Shown one piece after another: positions 12,960-26,370 of a stretch of 64,000 nt of DNA. The stretch lies in the NCBI RefSeq assembly GCF_009834535.1, contig NC_045697.1, positions 112,036,001 to 112,100,000 of the forward strand, written 5' to 3'. Below the pieces are notes generated by a model that saw nothing but the letters and a program-made list of their open reading frames with translations, was not told the DNA's origin and did no database searches. A program made the translations under genes and the position numbers. This DNA is from Camelus ferus. Taxonomy: Eukaryota. Each line of letters opens with the position of its first letter. Positions within the stretch are counted from its first letter, which is position 1.

Positions 12960-13052
12960 ATTCAGCTTTTACACGGATTATCTCATTTAATCTTCACAAG
13001 CACCCTGTGAAGGGGACGCAAGTACTATCTCCATTTTCCAAATAAGGAAATG
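12960..13052 (-). mobile_element. MIR
   Basis: atctcatttaatcttcacaagcaccctgtga...ccattttccaaataaggaaa (CORE domain). Confidence 0.7.
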
Positions 13053-13829
13053 ATGGTGCCTTCTGTTTTGGTATTTGGCACAAAGCCCCTTGGTCTAATT
13101 AATGTAGCAATTTGTTTTCATCTAACTCATTTTTTTTAAAAAAAAGGCAGAGGGGGCTATACTTACGGTTGCTGGATAGTCATCATGGGGTCACAAGTCT
13201 GGATTAGAACTCAAGCAGGTCAGTTACACTCATCTTCCTTTCAGGTGGGGCCCTCCACCCACCAAAATAAAAAGAGCTATGGAGCATCACTTAGGAGTGA
13301 GAGAGACTCAAGTGTCTAGGAAGTCCATCCATGGTGACACTCTAGGTGGAAATCACACTTTTTGGCAGGACTGGTGAATATTTTTTACTTTACTTTTATG
13401 AAGGGACTCTCTGAAGCCTGATTAAAAAAATGTATCAGAAATCATGAATTAGGTTTCACCCTTACAAATGATGAATTATGTGATTACAGGAAAGCTGTTT
13501 AACAACCTAGCATTTCAGCCTTCGAAAAGTTTTAGAAGCCAAAACTCCATGTGTGCAAATTGTTTCTGATCACAATTTGGTATTTCGACTTCTAAACGGG
13601 TCAGCCTGAAACATTTCCAAATGCCTGCGTGGGTGTCTTACTGACATCTCACTCTCCAGTTATTCAAATCCAAGTTTCCACTACACCCTCCTCCCCTCTC
13701 AAAAGTATGCCCATCTTTTTAAGATCCATTCCAAATGCTGCACTTTCTTTCCCCAAATAGTTTATGATCCTTTAAATGGAATTCAGTATCTCTTTCCTTT
13801 GAAATATCATAGCAGTTAAATATTGCTAA

Positions 13830-14050
13830 TAATAGTGGTAGCCAACAGGGATTGCTCTAATGTGCCAGTATTAAGAACTTGCATGTATTCACTCTTTTAA
13901 TCCTCAAACAAATCTTGTGATACACATTCTCTTGTTTCTTCCATTTTCCAGGTGAAGGCAGGGAGACACCACCAGGTCATGGAAACAGCCCGCACTGAGA
14001 GCTTCTGGGAATCACAGGCCAGGAATCAGGACCTGGGCAGCCAGGCTCCA
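13830..14050 (-). mobile_element. MIR
   Basis: tttaatcctcaaacaaatcttgtga...ccattttccaggtgaagg. Confidence 0.6.
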
Positions 14051-15639
14051 ATGATGCTTCCTTCTACTTTGTGATATGATTGCTCTTAAACATTTTCTCC
14101 CTCTGGATGACAAACTCTTTGGCAAACGAACCTCCCTTACCCATCTTTGTGTCCCCTGTGGAGCTTCATACAGCGCTTAACAGATATTTGTTGCAATTAA
14201 TTGAATTTTCTTCAATGGCAATTATAATAGCTCTCATGGAAGTAGAATAAACAAGCAAACAAAAAAGCCAGGTATTTGCAGCAGGAGAATAAAATGCATC
14301 TGGAAACACAGAATTCATTTTGTACAAAAAGAATTACTTTTTCCACACAAAGCTCTATCTTTCCTGTCACTCCTCCTCCATCTCATATAGATACAAGTAA
14401 ATACACCTTAATCGCTGGGAGAATGTAAGCCCATACGCTGAAGTGAAATGAAATATCAACATAAAAGATGATATTTTCTATTCTTCCCTTGTTTTTCACT
14501 GTCTTCTGTTACAGTGAGGCAATTACCTAGCTTTGGTCCTACCCAGTTACTCAGGATAAATACCTTTATCAAACATAACTGTTTTGTATCGTAGAAAGTC
14601 AAATTGTTATTTCATATTCCTATGTGGCAAATAGACTCGATCTTTTGCAGGTGTTCCCCCAACTGCCCTATCCCGTTTCAAAATCTCACTTAATAAGGGG
14701 CAGAGCAGTCCTTAGCTGCCTTCAATTCTCTGCTGGTCCTTACCATCTGGCACGTTTTCTTGGAGCTTGTGACATAGATTTTTGAACATCAGAGCAGGAA
14801 AATTCTTCCTAGAGAGACACTTTAGGTGTCAGTCATCATTACAATAAAGATCTTGAGTGACTTAAGTCAATTCCTACAAACAGAAGAACTCCTGGCAATC
14901 AGCATTGGCGTCCGCCTGAGTTTGATGAAAAGCAGCGCGGCCTTGGGGGCTAGTCCGCCTGTGACGGGGTCAGAACCTGTCAGGCCCTCACCTTCCCTGT
15001 GACCTTAGCCCTGGGCCTTGGTCATTAAAAAATCTGTATTAAATTCTTGTATTAGAAGACTACTTATGAAATTCATAGTTAATTGCAATACCACTCTCAT
15101 TTTGAGAGAATCAGCTCAAATGTGTAGCGTACTTAAAAGACTAGAGTGATGTTGTAATTCCCGCAATGTCCCACCCAAAAGCTAGTCTCAAAGGAAGTCA
15201 TTTTCCTATCTCCCAGAGTCTGATTAAAGGGTGTCAGTGTCACAGGGGTGCCAATCGGCGTAATTCATGTCGGGTCCGAGCCCTACAGGGGTATAATCTT
15301 GTTGAGGAGTTAAATGATGTGTATGGGACCATAACTGTAATACAAGTGTGATAATTTTGGAGGTTTGAAGGGATAGAGTCGTTGTTTTGGTTCAAGGACT
15401 TTTTTGACAGCCTTCCACTTATGAAAGGCAAAATTCTCTATGACCTACCAACATCAATGACTGACCCTTTCCAGGGGAAAAGAAAAGTGGGTAAGAAAAA
15501 AAGCACCAAAAGAGAACCAAGTAGTAAAACCTGTTGGTACCAACATAGATGAATCACTCACTAATTATATTTACAAGGATATGAGTCCATGCCTTTAAGT
15601 TATATAAACCAATTCTCTATAAATTAAAAAATGGCAGTA

Positions 15640-15752
15640 ACTCTATTACTGGGTTATAAGCTCCACGAAGATAGGATTTTCATCCATTTGGGTCATTAGG
15701 GTTTGGTGTGTCTTTGTTGCTTAATAAATATCTATTGAATGAATGAATTGAG
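15640..15752 (+). mobile_element. LINE-2 3' end
   Basis: taagctccacgaagatagg...gcttaataaatatctattgaatgaatgaa. Confidence 0.7.
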
Positions 15753-15822
15753 TGAGAATAGCATAGCCAAGGAAGATTTTTGTAAAATAATCAGGTAGAG
15801 AAGAGCTTGCCTGAATGCTGAA

Positions 15823-17897
15823 GGCTTTTTTTTTACTAATGGTATTGTCTTTTATTATTATTATTATTGTTGTTGTTGTTGTTGTTATTATTATTATTTT
15901 AATTGAAGTATAGTTTACTATCTATGTTGTATCAATTTCTGGGGCATGGCACATTGCTTCAGTCATACATGAATATACATATATTCATTTTCATATACTT
16001 TTTCACTGTAAGCTACTACCAGATATTAAATATAGTTCCCTGTGCTATACAGTATAACTTGTTTATCAATTTTATGTATACCTGTCAGTATCTGCAAATC
16101 TTAAACTCCCAATTTATCTCTTCCCACCCCCTTCCCCCCGGTAACCATATTTGTTTTCTATGTCTGTTGAGTCTGTTTCTGTTTTATATGTAAGTTCATT
16201 TGTCTTTTTTTTTTTTTTTTAGATTCCACATAAAAGTGATGCCATGTGGTATTTTTCTTTCTCTTGCTGGCTTACTTCACTTAGAATGACGTTCTCCAGG
16301 TTCATCCATGTTGCTGCAAATGGCATTATTTTATTCTTTTTTTATGACCAAGTATCATTCCATTGTGTAAGTATACCACAGCTTCTTTATCCAGTCATCT
16401 GTCAATGGACATTTAGGTTGTTACCATATCTTGGCTATTGTAAATAGTGCTGCTATCAACATTGGAGTGCATGTGTCTTTTTGAATTAAGGTTCCCTCTG
16501 GATATATGCCGAGGAATGGGATTGTTAGATTATATGATAAGTTTAGTTTTAGTTTTTGAGGAATCTCCATACTGTTTTCCATAATGGCTGTACCAAACTA
16601 TGTTCCCACCAACAGTGTAGGAGGCTTATCTTTTCTCCACAGCCTCTACAGTATTTATCATTTGTGGACTTTTGAATGATGGCCATTCTGACTGGTGTGA
16701 GGTGATACCTCATTGTACTTTGATTTGCATTCCTCCAGTAATTAGCACTGTTGAGCATTTTTTCATGTGCCTATTGGCCATTCATATGTCTTCATTGGAG
16801 AATTGCTTGTTTAGGTTTTCTGCCCACTTTTGGATTGGATTGTTTGTTTTTTTTGTTATTAAGTTGTGTGAGCTGTTTATATATTCTGGAAATCAACCCC
16901 TTGTCAGTCTCATCTTTTGCAAATATTTTCTCCCATTCTGTAGGTTGTCATTTTGTTTTGCATATGGCTTCTTTTGCTGTGCAAAAGCTTGTAAATTTAA
17001 TTAGGTCCCATTTGTTTATTTTTGGCTTTATTTCTATAGCTTGGGTAAACTGCCCTAGGAGAACATTGCTGAGATGTATGTGAAATGTTTTGCCTATGTT
17101 TTCTTCTGGGAGATTTATTGTGGCTTGTCTTGTGTTTATGTCTTTAAGCCATTCTGAGTTATTTTTATGTGTGGAGTGAGGGAGTGTTCTAATTTCATTG
17201 GTTTACATGCTGCTATCCAGTTTTCCCAACACCACTTGCTGAAGAGACTGTCTTTTCTCCATTGTCAAAGATTAATTAACTATAGGTCTGTGGATTTATT
17301 TCTGGGCTCTCTATTTTGTTTCATTGGTCTATATGTCTGTTTTTGTACCAATACCATGCTGTATTGATGACTGTAGCTCTGTAGTATTGTCTAGGAGGGT
17401 TATTCTTCCAGCCTCTTTTTTTTCTTCAGTAATGCTTTGGCAATTCTGGGTCTTTTGTGATTCCATAGAAATTTTAATATGATTTGTTCTAGTTCTGTGA
17501 AATATGTCCTGGGTAATTTGATAGGGATTGCATTAAATCTGTAGATTGCCTTGGGCAGTGTGACCATTTTAACAATATTGACTCTTCCAATCCAAGAGCA
17601 TGGGATATCTTTCCATTTCTTTAGATCTTCTTTAATTTTCTTAATCAATGTTTTGTGGTTCTCCATGTATAAGTCTTTCACTTCCTTGGTCAGATTTATT
17701 CCTAGGTATTTTATTACTTTGGGTGCAATTTTAAAAAGGATTGTTTCTTTATTTTCTTTTCCTGTTGATTTATTGTTAGTGTAAAGAAATGCAACTGATT
17801 TTTGTACATTAATCTTGTATCCTGCTACCTTGCTGAATTCTTTTGTTAGCTCTAGTAGTTTTTGTGTGGAACTTCTAGGATTTCCTATATATAGTAT
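15823..17897 (-). mobile_element. 5'-truncated young L1 (~2 kb) with disrupted ORF2 3' part
   Basis: ORF 17400-17681 ([39 protein letters not shown]...[13 protein letters not shown]) and 16549-16758 ([12 protein letters not shown]...LLHCWW) are L1 ORF2; TSD CTGAATGCTGAA at 15811-15822 and 17898-17909; tail expanded to (TTA/TTG)n. Confidence 0.95.
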
Positions 17898-18602
17898 CTG
17901 AATGCTGAATGTTGATAGTGCAAATCCAGTCTAAAGACTGAGGTCAAAGACAGAGGGCAGAAAGGAAATCTGCAGTGGCCTGAGATCCCTAAGAAGGTAG
18001 GCAAGGATGAGATCTGAGCTTGGGAAGGGACCCACCCTAGTAAGGAAATATATAACAAGGAAAAGTGGTGAAAAGGAAAAGGAACAATGGCCAGGTCTCA
18101 AACAAACAAAAGAATGAGGAGAGAGGCAGAATGAAGGACAAGGGGATTTGAAGCAGCAGTATGGTTTGGAGAAGGTCGGGACCCCACCTTGAGATTCTAT
18201 GGGAACCGTGCTGAGTGTAATGTCAAGATGACTTTCATTTCCTCCTTTGAGAGTCTGTAGTCTTTGTAAAATTCAGATTGCTTCTATTTTCTTAACCTAA
18301 CCTCCCACTTTTATTTGACTCTTAATCCCTTGCTTGGATAAGTGATTAAATTTCAGATATTTCAGAGGAAGAGCTAGAAGAATTTGGTTCTCTCAATGAC
18401 AGAAAGCAAGCCATTCTCTCTCTCTTCATCTTTTCCAGTAATGTAGCTCCTCCTTCTCTCCCTCCCTCCCTCCTTTGTTTCCTCTCTTCTTTCTCTCCTT
18501 TTTCCAATGATAACCATTGCCTGTTCTCCATGAGTGCTCTGTTATTTTAGTTGCTACATTTCACTCAACATGTTAAAAGTCTACTTCCTTCCCTTTGCAC
18601 AG

Positions 18603-18647
18603 TATAGAGGACCTGGCAGCTTTGAACTCTGTTTTGATGGAGAGTTG
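18603..18647 (+). CDS. Candidate 45-nt exon B
   Basis: Pyrimidine tract cttccttccctttgcacag| and donor TTG|gtaggt; phase-0 reading YRGPGSFELCFDGEL. Confidence 0.5.
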
Positions 18648-18804
18648 GTAGGTATTATTTCTAAAACTAAGAGGTTTCTACCACTAATGAATGGACTTAA
18701 ATTCATGGAAATGATTCTGGTTTAAAGGAGGAAGCAATGCGGAACTAAATAAGGTAAGCAGGGCCCTACTATCAACATGAACTGACTTTCAAGGAGGCAG
18801 GATG

Positions 18805-18973
18805 ATAATAGTCAATAACCCCTCCTGGTTTAACGACATGTAATAAATACAGATGAATTCTAGGTTTACTCTTTCCTGTACCATCACAATAATAATAGTC
18901 AATAACCCCTCCTGGTTTAACGACGTGTAATAAATACAGATGAATTCTAGGTTTACTCTTTCCTGTACCATCA
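18805..18973. repeat. Tandem duplication, 87-bp period, 2 copies
   Basis: 18805-18886 and 18892-18973 are identical except one CATG/CGTG change. Confidence 0.95.
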
Positions 18974-19984
18974 TTATATGATGTATATATTCCAATTTCT
19001 AGAGGGGAATTTAAGATATTTGCATCCAATGTGCTACAGAAGATGTCCACTGTTTCAAATCTTCATGGAACATATTCATTTAACATCTCATGGACTAATG
19101 CACCGTGCTGAGTGTAGCATCAAGAAAAAATATCTTATAAGGTTATAATGTGGAAGAAAAATTGTGGAAGCATTTTCACATTTCTTTTCCTTATATAATC
19201 TTGCCTACTTTAAAATCTACCTTATGGTTTTAATGCATGTAACATATTTATTGCTCTGTTTTAAGTAAAGGCAAAGCTTAAGAAATTCAATTTTTAGCAA
19301 GTCACCACTTAAACACATTTTGTATATGGTCTCCTGCAAGACACCTTAATTAATGAATGACATAAATAAAAAGATGTAAGAGATGCTAATTACAGACACA
19401 TTTGAAGTGTGAATTTATTATAATATTGTGTTTTTGAGAGGGCAATTCTGTTCATATTTTTAAGTTCCCTGTGTGTGGCATCAACTGTTTCCCCTCTTTG
19501 CTAAATATGAGCCATTGTCTTGTATAGATAAGTTATTTAATTTCCTTCCAAGTCTGGTTTTACAGTTGTTACATAAATATTGAATAGCCTTAATGTGAGA
19601 ACGTTTCACATTTTAAAGCAGGCATCCTATTGCCCCTGAATTTTCCATTTTCCAGGTTTAAACATTCCCAAGTTTTCCGCCTGCCTCTCTTTATAAGCAC
19701 AATTTTTAACATTCTGGTTGTGTTTGTCTGAAGAAACCTGTTTGTTGGCTAATATCTGATTTAAACACCTAGAACCATGTATAATAAAGCCTTAATAAAG
19801 TCTGATTAATTAATCAGAGGTTTTATTTTCCACCTTTGATTCACTTTATTATTATTATTATTAAAGTAGTAGAATTTAAATTAGTTGGTTTATTTTGTCA
19901 ATATATCATTTAGTTATATTCTGTTCACTGTCAACTAGAGCTCTTAAGGTTTGTTAAACTCATGTTAATGAGTAATAACCATAA

Positions 19985-20185
19985 CAGCTGTAGCTAATAG
20001 GGTGCTTAATAGCTGACAAGAACTGCTTTAAACACTCTGCATGATGAACAATTTCAATCCTTCAGTAACCTTAGGAATTAGGAAAAATATTCTTCCATTT
20101 TTAAAGATGAGTAAATGTAGACATTGCACAGGGTCCTCGAGTTAGTAGGTGGCAGAACTGAGTGAGATGCGAAGTTAGACAGTCT
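19985..20185 (-). mobile_element. MIR
   Basis: atttcaatccttcagtaacc...ccatttttaaagatgagtaaa...gttagtaggtggcagaactg. Confidence 0.65.
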
Positions 20186-20249
20186 TTTTAAAAATTTTTT
20201 GATTCTTTTATACAAAAGGAGTGATGTTTTCCTATCTTCTCATTTTTTT

Positions 20250-20379
20250 ACTTTATTATTTTAATTTTGGGGGGGTAATTAGGTTTATTATTTACTTCTT
20301 AATGGAGGTTCTGGGGATTGAACTGAGGACCTCGTGCATGCTAAGCAAGTACTCTGTCACTGAGCTCTACCGTCCCCCC
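20250..20379 (-). mobile_element. Camelid tRNA-derived SINE (Vic-1-like)
   Basis: ggaggttctggggattgaactgaggacctcgtgcatgctaagc. Confidence 0.9.
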
Positions 20380-20469
20380 ATGAAGTTGGGCAGTCTTGAC
20401 ACAGACCCATACTCTTGCCTTATACAATCTGATTTACACACTCAGAAGCTATAGATGCGATTATTACTA

Positions 20470-20955
20470 TTTTTTAAATAGATTTTATTCTTTTAGAGCA
20501 GTTTCAGGTTCACAGCAGAATTGAGCAGAAAATTCAGAGTTTGCACATAGCCCTCCCCACCCACACATTTATACTCTCCTACCCTCAACATCCCTATCAG
20601 TGTGGCATATTTGATACAATCAATGAACCAACATGGGCACATTATTTAGGGTTTACTCTTGATGTTGTACATTCTGTGGGTTTTGACAAATGCATAATGA
20701 CATGTAGCCACCACTAGTATCATGCAGAATAATTTCATTGACCTGAAAATCCTTTGTGCTCCATTTATTCATTCCTCCCTTCCTCCCTCTCCCCAACCCC
20801 CTGGAAACCAACATCTTTTTATTGTTTCTGTAGCTTTGCCTTCTCCAGAATGTCATTTGGTTGGAATCATACAGTTTGTAGCCTTGTCAGACTGGCTTCT
20901 TTCATTTACTAATATGTCTTGTAAGTTTTTCTTCCATGTCTTTCATAGCTTGATA
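20470..20955 (-). mobile_element. Old L1 (L1MC-like) 3'UTR
   Basis: ttttagagcagtttcaggttcacagcagaattgagcagaaa...ttgccttctccagaatgtcat. Confidence 0.8.
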
Positions 20956-20957
20956 GA

Positions 20958-21880
20958 TCTTTTTTTTTTACTGCACATATATTTTTTAATTTACATATAT
21001 GTACTGTTCATTGTTTCTAAGAACGTTTAGAGCTTTAGCTTTTTAAACTTACATAGCTATCGAAGCAATAAAGCCAACCACAAAATAAGAATTAACTCAA
21101 AAAGGTACATACACCCTGCTATTAACAGCAACATTATTTATACTTGCCAAGATATGGGAGCATCCTGAGTGCACATCAATAGTTGAATAGATAATAGAGA
21201 TGCAGCATATAGATGTGGAATGGAATACAACTCACTCATAAAAAAGAAGGATATTTTGCCATTTGCAGCCCTTCATTCACTTTTTTTTTTTTCACTTCAA
21301 AAACTAGAAATAGAAAGATAGATGATATGAGGCGGCAAAGGAATATCTCCCAGTCCAAGGCAGTGGGCAGGCACTGGCTCCTCCTACCAGGAAACCTGCA
21401 CAAGCCTCCTCATCACTTATATCTTTTCTCGGATTTTATCTTGTGCCTTGGCCTAGGAGATATTCTTCTGCCTCTTCATATCATCTATCTTTCTGTGTTT
21501 GCAGATTCCTTCCACAGGCTTTGGGATTGTAATGTTCTTATTTCCAGTATCTGCCCCTGGTGGATGAAGCTGGTCTAGAGGCTTATGCAAGTTTCCTGGG
21601 AGGGGGAGTAGGTGCCTGCCCACTGCTGGGTGAAGCTTGGTCCTGGACCCCTGGTGGGTAGAGCTGTATCTAGAGGCCTTTGTGACTTAGGAAGTCTGCG
21701 TGGCTGCGTTCCCACCCTGTATGTTGTCTGGCCTGAGGCTTCCCTACAGGCTTTTGGGTGGGGCTGGGTTTGGTGCTAATGATCCAATCAAGATGTCAGC
21801 CTCCAGGAAAGCTCATGTAGATGAACACTCCCAGAATATCTGCCACCACCTTTTATGTCCCCTGGGTGAGCACTGGAGAA
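20958..21880 (-). mobile_element. Mosaic L1-derived polyadenylated retroposon
   Basis: Minus-strand L1 5'UTR/ORF1 start (21420-21880), inverted copies of parts of it (21311-21408), plus-strand L1 ORF2-end piece (21080-21270), unique tail (20970-21056), poly(T) at 20960-20969. Confidence 0.7.
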
Positions 21881-24800
21881 TCTCAAGAAACTAGCATTTG
21901 TGAAAACATTTCAGGAATAACTGCTTTATTTTAGACTCGGTCATGCCTTCTGGGTCTATAGGCAACTTGTTGGTGACTTAGAAGACGTGACAGAGAGTCA
22001 CCTGCAAAAGGCAAGCTACAGAAACTAACTGTACTGTCTTAGCATGTGAATCAAATTATTTACAAGATGCCTTGTGACTTGTTTTAATAATTACTATTTC
22101 CATTAGCAGTCTCATTGAGCGCATTTTTCCCAAAGTTGTTTTCTAATAGGCTATAGAGTATTACAGTAGTATAGTCATTATTAAACCTTGCTTTGGAACT
22201 GTTATTTTGGGATGTCTATAAAAGCTAGTAAAATACCTTTCATAAACTTGTTGGCGGCAAATTTTTTATTCATAGTTTCAGAAGCAGTGAGAGTCACTCA
22301 AGAGAATGATGAGTGAAGTCAGCGATGAAGCTAGGTAGTACAATTTTTAACTTAGAAAGTGCAACTATATAGTAAGTAAAGTGAGTTCCGTGTGTGTATG
22401 TGTCTTGAAAACTATTCATGATGGTTATTTCAGGAAAGGAGGTTCAAACATTTTGGCAGAATCCAAGGAATAGTTATGTAACCCATAAGATTTGAGAGGT
22501 CTTTAAATTGGTGTGTGAGCAATATAGATATTTTAGATCAGAGAGCAATTTTCTCCAACAGATGAGGAATAGTCATAAAACAGCTCATAGGGGCTGATGT
22601 CCAATTGGCCAAGACAGTGCCTCGCCTGGCTGCAGCATCTCCTGGTACCTCGGTGAGGTCTGCTCTCTGGACCATTTTGTCTCAGCTTCCTCCTTGGCAC
22701 AATCAACTGCAGAAAGGGACATCGATCTAGATATATAAGTATTGGAGAAGGTGCATGTGTGCACACGTGTGTAAGTGCTTTGTCTTATTACAACACCTAA
22801 CTGTCAAGTCTTCAGTTCCAAATGTATTCAATGGAACTTTTTATTTCTACACAGTGAACATCAATGTTCCAAATTCAGGAAACCCAAAATAATGAATGTT
22901 GACGTTGATGTCCTGAGTCACGAGTCGTCTCTTTGCAGCTTCAGGAGAACCTCTCATGTGTCACATCTGCTGTCTGGTCAACACTGTTGACTAAAGGGAG
23001 GGAGTTTTTATTATTATCTCATTTTTAACAGATAAAGACTCAAGGACTTAGAAAATGATACATTCACTTTGAAGAATAAAATGGTATTGAATGCTCTCCA
23101 GAACAGAGATACAAATGAATTCCCGGCATGTGTGATGCTTTGAATGTTAATAATAACCTTGAGAACTGATTATTATTCGTATTAGTGGTAGCAATAGTAT
23201 TATTATGATACTGTTTAAAGCTTCATTTGGTTTTATTTTTAATACCGTTACTTTTTTCATGTGTGTTAGTACGATACTGTTTTGTTTGTTTTGTTCTGGG
23301 TTTTTTTTTTTTTGCATGAGATTTTATTTTTAAAAATTTTTGTCATTTTTTTTAATTGAATGGAAGATTCTTGAAATTCTATAATGCTTTACAATTTTCA
23401 AGTTTCACACACAATTTTATATAGTTTCATAGTACCCACTTTTGTTTTTTTCACTGGTTTGTTGTACTTTTTAGGTTCCACATATAAGTGATATCCTACA
23501 GTTTAATATCATTACTTCTAACTTGTTTCCAAAAGTTCAAGTAATACATAAGTTTATAAATAGGCAGTGAAGTCTTTACATACCACCACCTAGGATCAAT
23601 AGCTGTTCACGGTTTGATATGTGAACTGCTAGGTAATATTCTGTGATTTATACTAGTAAAAAAAAAACTAGTATTATGCTGAACATACTGTTTGAGAGCT
23701 CTTTTTTTCCTATTTAATACATTTTGAGCATTATTCCCTGTCAGTATACAGTAGATTTTAAAGACTGCATAGTATTTTGCAATTATAAACACTGCTGCCT
23801 CAAATATCGTTGTTCATCTATCTTAAACACCAGAAAGGACGTTTCTGTGAGACGGACTCCTAGAGAAGGTCGTTGTTAAATTTTGTTAGAAACTGACTGT
23901 TCTCATGAGCAGTGTGGCCCAATCACGTAGCTGGTAAGGGGTGGGTCTCCAACATACTGTCCCTGTGACTTTGTGTATTACCAGCACGATGTCTTCTCTA
24001 GATCAGCCGTGGCACTTGGAGTGAAGGCATCTTTCCTCTCCAGCTAACTCCTGGTGCCCTCCCTGTCTAACTGGTGCTGTGGTGGGTCTAAAGTCAGGTG
24101 GGCAATGCAGTTGTCATCAGGAAGGGAGCCTGTGTAATGAGTGTCCAGTGTCGGGTTAGGACAGGGTTAAGGATGAGTGTTGAGGAAAATGAGGCCATTA
24201 CTATTGTGTATCTGGGAGAACACTGCTGTAGTTCTGAGATTCTGAACTTCCTCTGCTTTCTTCTCTAAATCCCGTTCACCTGATTATTCTGATCACAGGG
24301 CCTTCAGACTTCACTAAGTTTTAGTTATTATCTTCAAATTTTTAAATAACCTTAATAAGCACAGTTACCTCATAATTTTAAGGTTTCTTACTTTCAACAC
24401 ATATTTTTGTCTACTGGGGCAGTTAATATGACTGAAGGTAATGCCATGAAATTTGGTGAAACGACATGATTTCAGTGAAACCAACATGATTTCATTCAAA
24501 ATAGGTCCATTCTGGCAGAGAGAATTGCATTTTCCTCACATTTTCCCCTCCTTCTTAAGGCATTCCTCTGCCTCCGGTCTAAAAGAGTTTCTTGGCAGGA
24601 GGTCACCTTTAAAAGCCCTTTTCTGCCACAGCTATTTTTAGCCCTCTCTTGAATTTTTATATATACATTTTATATATAGCACTGTTCGTATCTTAAATTA
24701 TTTTGAAAAGCAAATCCATTTAATTTAATATGACTTCTCAGAAATACTTTTTCCCTTCAGTCTTATTTTGGATTATTTTTCATGGATCATTAGGATGGGT

Positions 24801-24889
24801 TCTGACAACTCAGAACCAATGAAAAAAGACTGGGCTTGATGTCAGGAGAGCAGGGCCATGTCACTTAGCCTCTCTAAGCCTCAGGGTAG

Positions 24890-25058
24890 CATATAAGCCT
24901 CAACTGCCCCACTTCCCCTTGGGCATCATGTCTTTGGAGCCCCCGTATGCACAAAATTAAATTTGTTTTTCTCCTGTTAATCTGTCTTATGTCGGTTTAG
25001 TTATTAGACCAGCCAAAGAAGCTGGATGTGGAGAAGGGAAATTTTTTCCACCTTGACA
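24890..25058 (+). mobile_element. ERV1-like LTR 3' fragment
   Basis: attaaatttgtttttctcctgttaatctgtcttatgtc...ttccaccttgaca, ending in CA. Confidence 0.6.
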
Positions 25059-25559
25059 CCTCACTGAGTAGCAAGAGTTAGATAGTGTTACCTCATCTGA
25101 TTTCTTTTTTTCAATGTGGTAGAAATTATTCTACTTTTAGTTTTAAATAATTTTGAAAATTTAAATTTAAAATAAGAAAGCTGAGATTTCTGAAAATTTA
25201 AAGTTGAAATGAATGTGGGCTAAGTAAAGCCCAGCCCTCTGTAAGCAGAAAAGCGAGATCCAAACTCAAACTCTTGGATTCTATTTCTACTATTCTTCTC
25301 CACTCCCCAGACCGAGAAAGATCTAGGGCCATTGTGTCCATACTCAACGCGATTTTGCAGGGACCAAAGAAAGAACGTCATTCCATGTACTCTCTGTGTA
25401 GAGACCACAGCAAGGACTGTCTTCCAGTGAGGCTGGAACTGTGCTTGAAGAGGGAACATTCTCTGTTCCTTTTCACACAACTCTTGAGTTAATACGACTG
25501 TTTCCGTTTAGGGAATGAATGAGTCTATGTTGATATAGACCCTTCCATGGTGCGGGTGG

Positions 25560-25700
25560 AGGTCCTCACACTAGTCTATGAGGTAGGTATCATCATCTGC
25601 ACTTTATTCTCTTACAGATGAGGAAACTGAGGCTTGGTATGGTTCAGTAATTTTCCCAAGGTCACCGTTTCTAAAAGGAAGACCCAGGATTTTCACACGT
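25560..25700 (-). mobile_element. MIR
   Basis: ctatgaggtaggtat...ttacagatgaggaaactgaggct...cccaaggtcac. Confidence 0.8.
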
Positions 25701-25952
25701 GTCTATTTTTATAGCTCCTCGTAACTTGATTTGTGGCTCAGCCACTGTAATATGCACAAGATGAGACAAAACAGTAAATAATCTTTTGCTACTATCAGGT
25801 AAAACCAAAAACTAAAAATCAAACTAAAGTGAGGTCTTATCTCTAGACAGCATCTCTCCATTCACCCACTCTCAAAACCACATGATAACAACTAATATAA
25901 ACAAACTTGAAGGAATCCAGGGTCAATACTTAAAAATGATTTTCAAACTTTA

Positions 25953-26092
25953 TTACTGTATTATTTAATTATTTTATTTGGGGGGGTAGGTAATTTGGTT
26001 TGTTAATTATTTTAGAGGAGGCACTGGGGATTGAACGCAGGACCTTGTGCATGCTAAGCTTGTGCTCTACCACTTGAGCTATACCCTCTCCT
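25953..26092 (-). mobile_element. Camelid tRNA-derived SINE (Vic-1-like)
   Basis: ggaggcactggggattgaacgcaggaccttgtgcatgctaagc; flanked by a caaacttta repeat. Confidence 0.9.
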
Positions 26093-26336
26093 CAACTTCC
26101 AAACTTTACTTGTAGTTTATGAAATCAGAAGGATCCACTGACCTAATTAAAGGTGTTTCATGCAGATCATAAATTATAAGAATTGAATGATAAAATTGGA
26201 AGATTTATGTTTTTTTTATCCTATTCTGCACATTAAAATACAAGCTGAGAGGAAGCAGCAGATCTGTTTTGACCTACTGAATCATGGGAGCTCCCAAAGT
26301 CTATTATTGCTTATCTTTAATTCATATTTCCACTAG

Positions 26337-26370
26337 GGGCTGAAAGTTCTCATCTGGTTGGCTGAACAAA
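26337..26370 (+). CDS. Candidate 34-nt exon C
   Basis: ctttaattcatatttccactag| and AAA|gtatgc; phase 0 to 1, reading GLKVLIWLAEQ(K); chosen partly because it links the frames of exons B and D. Confidence 0.3.
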
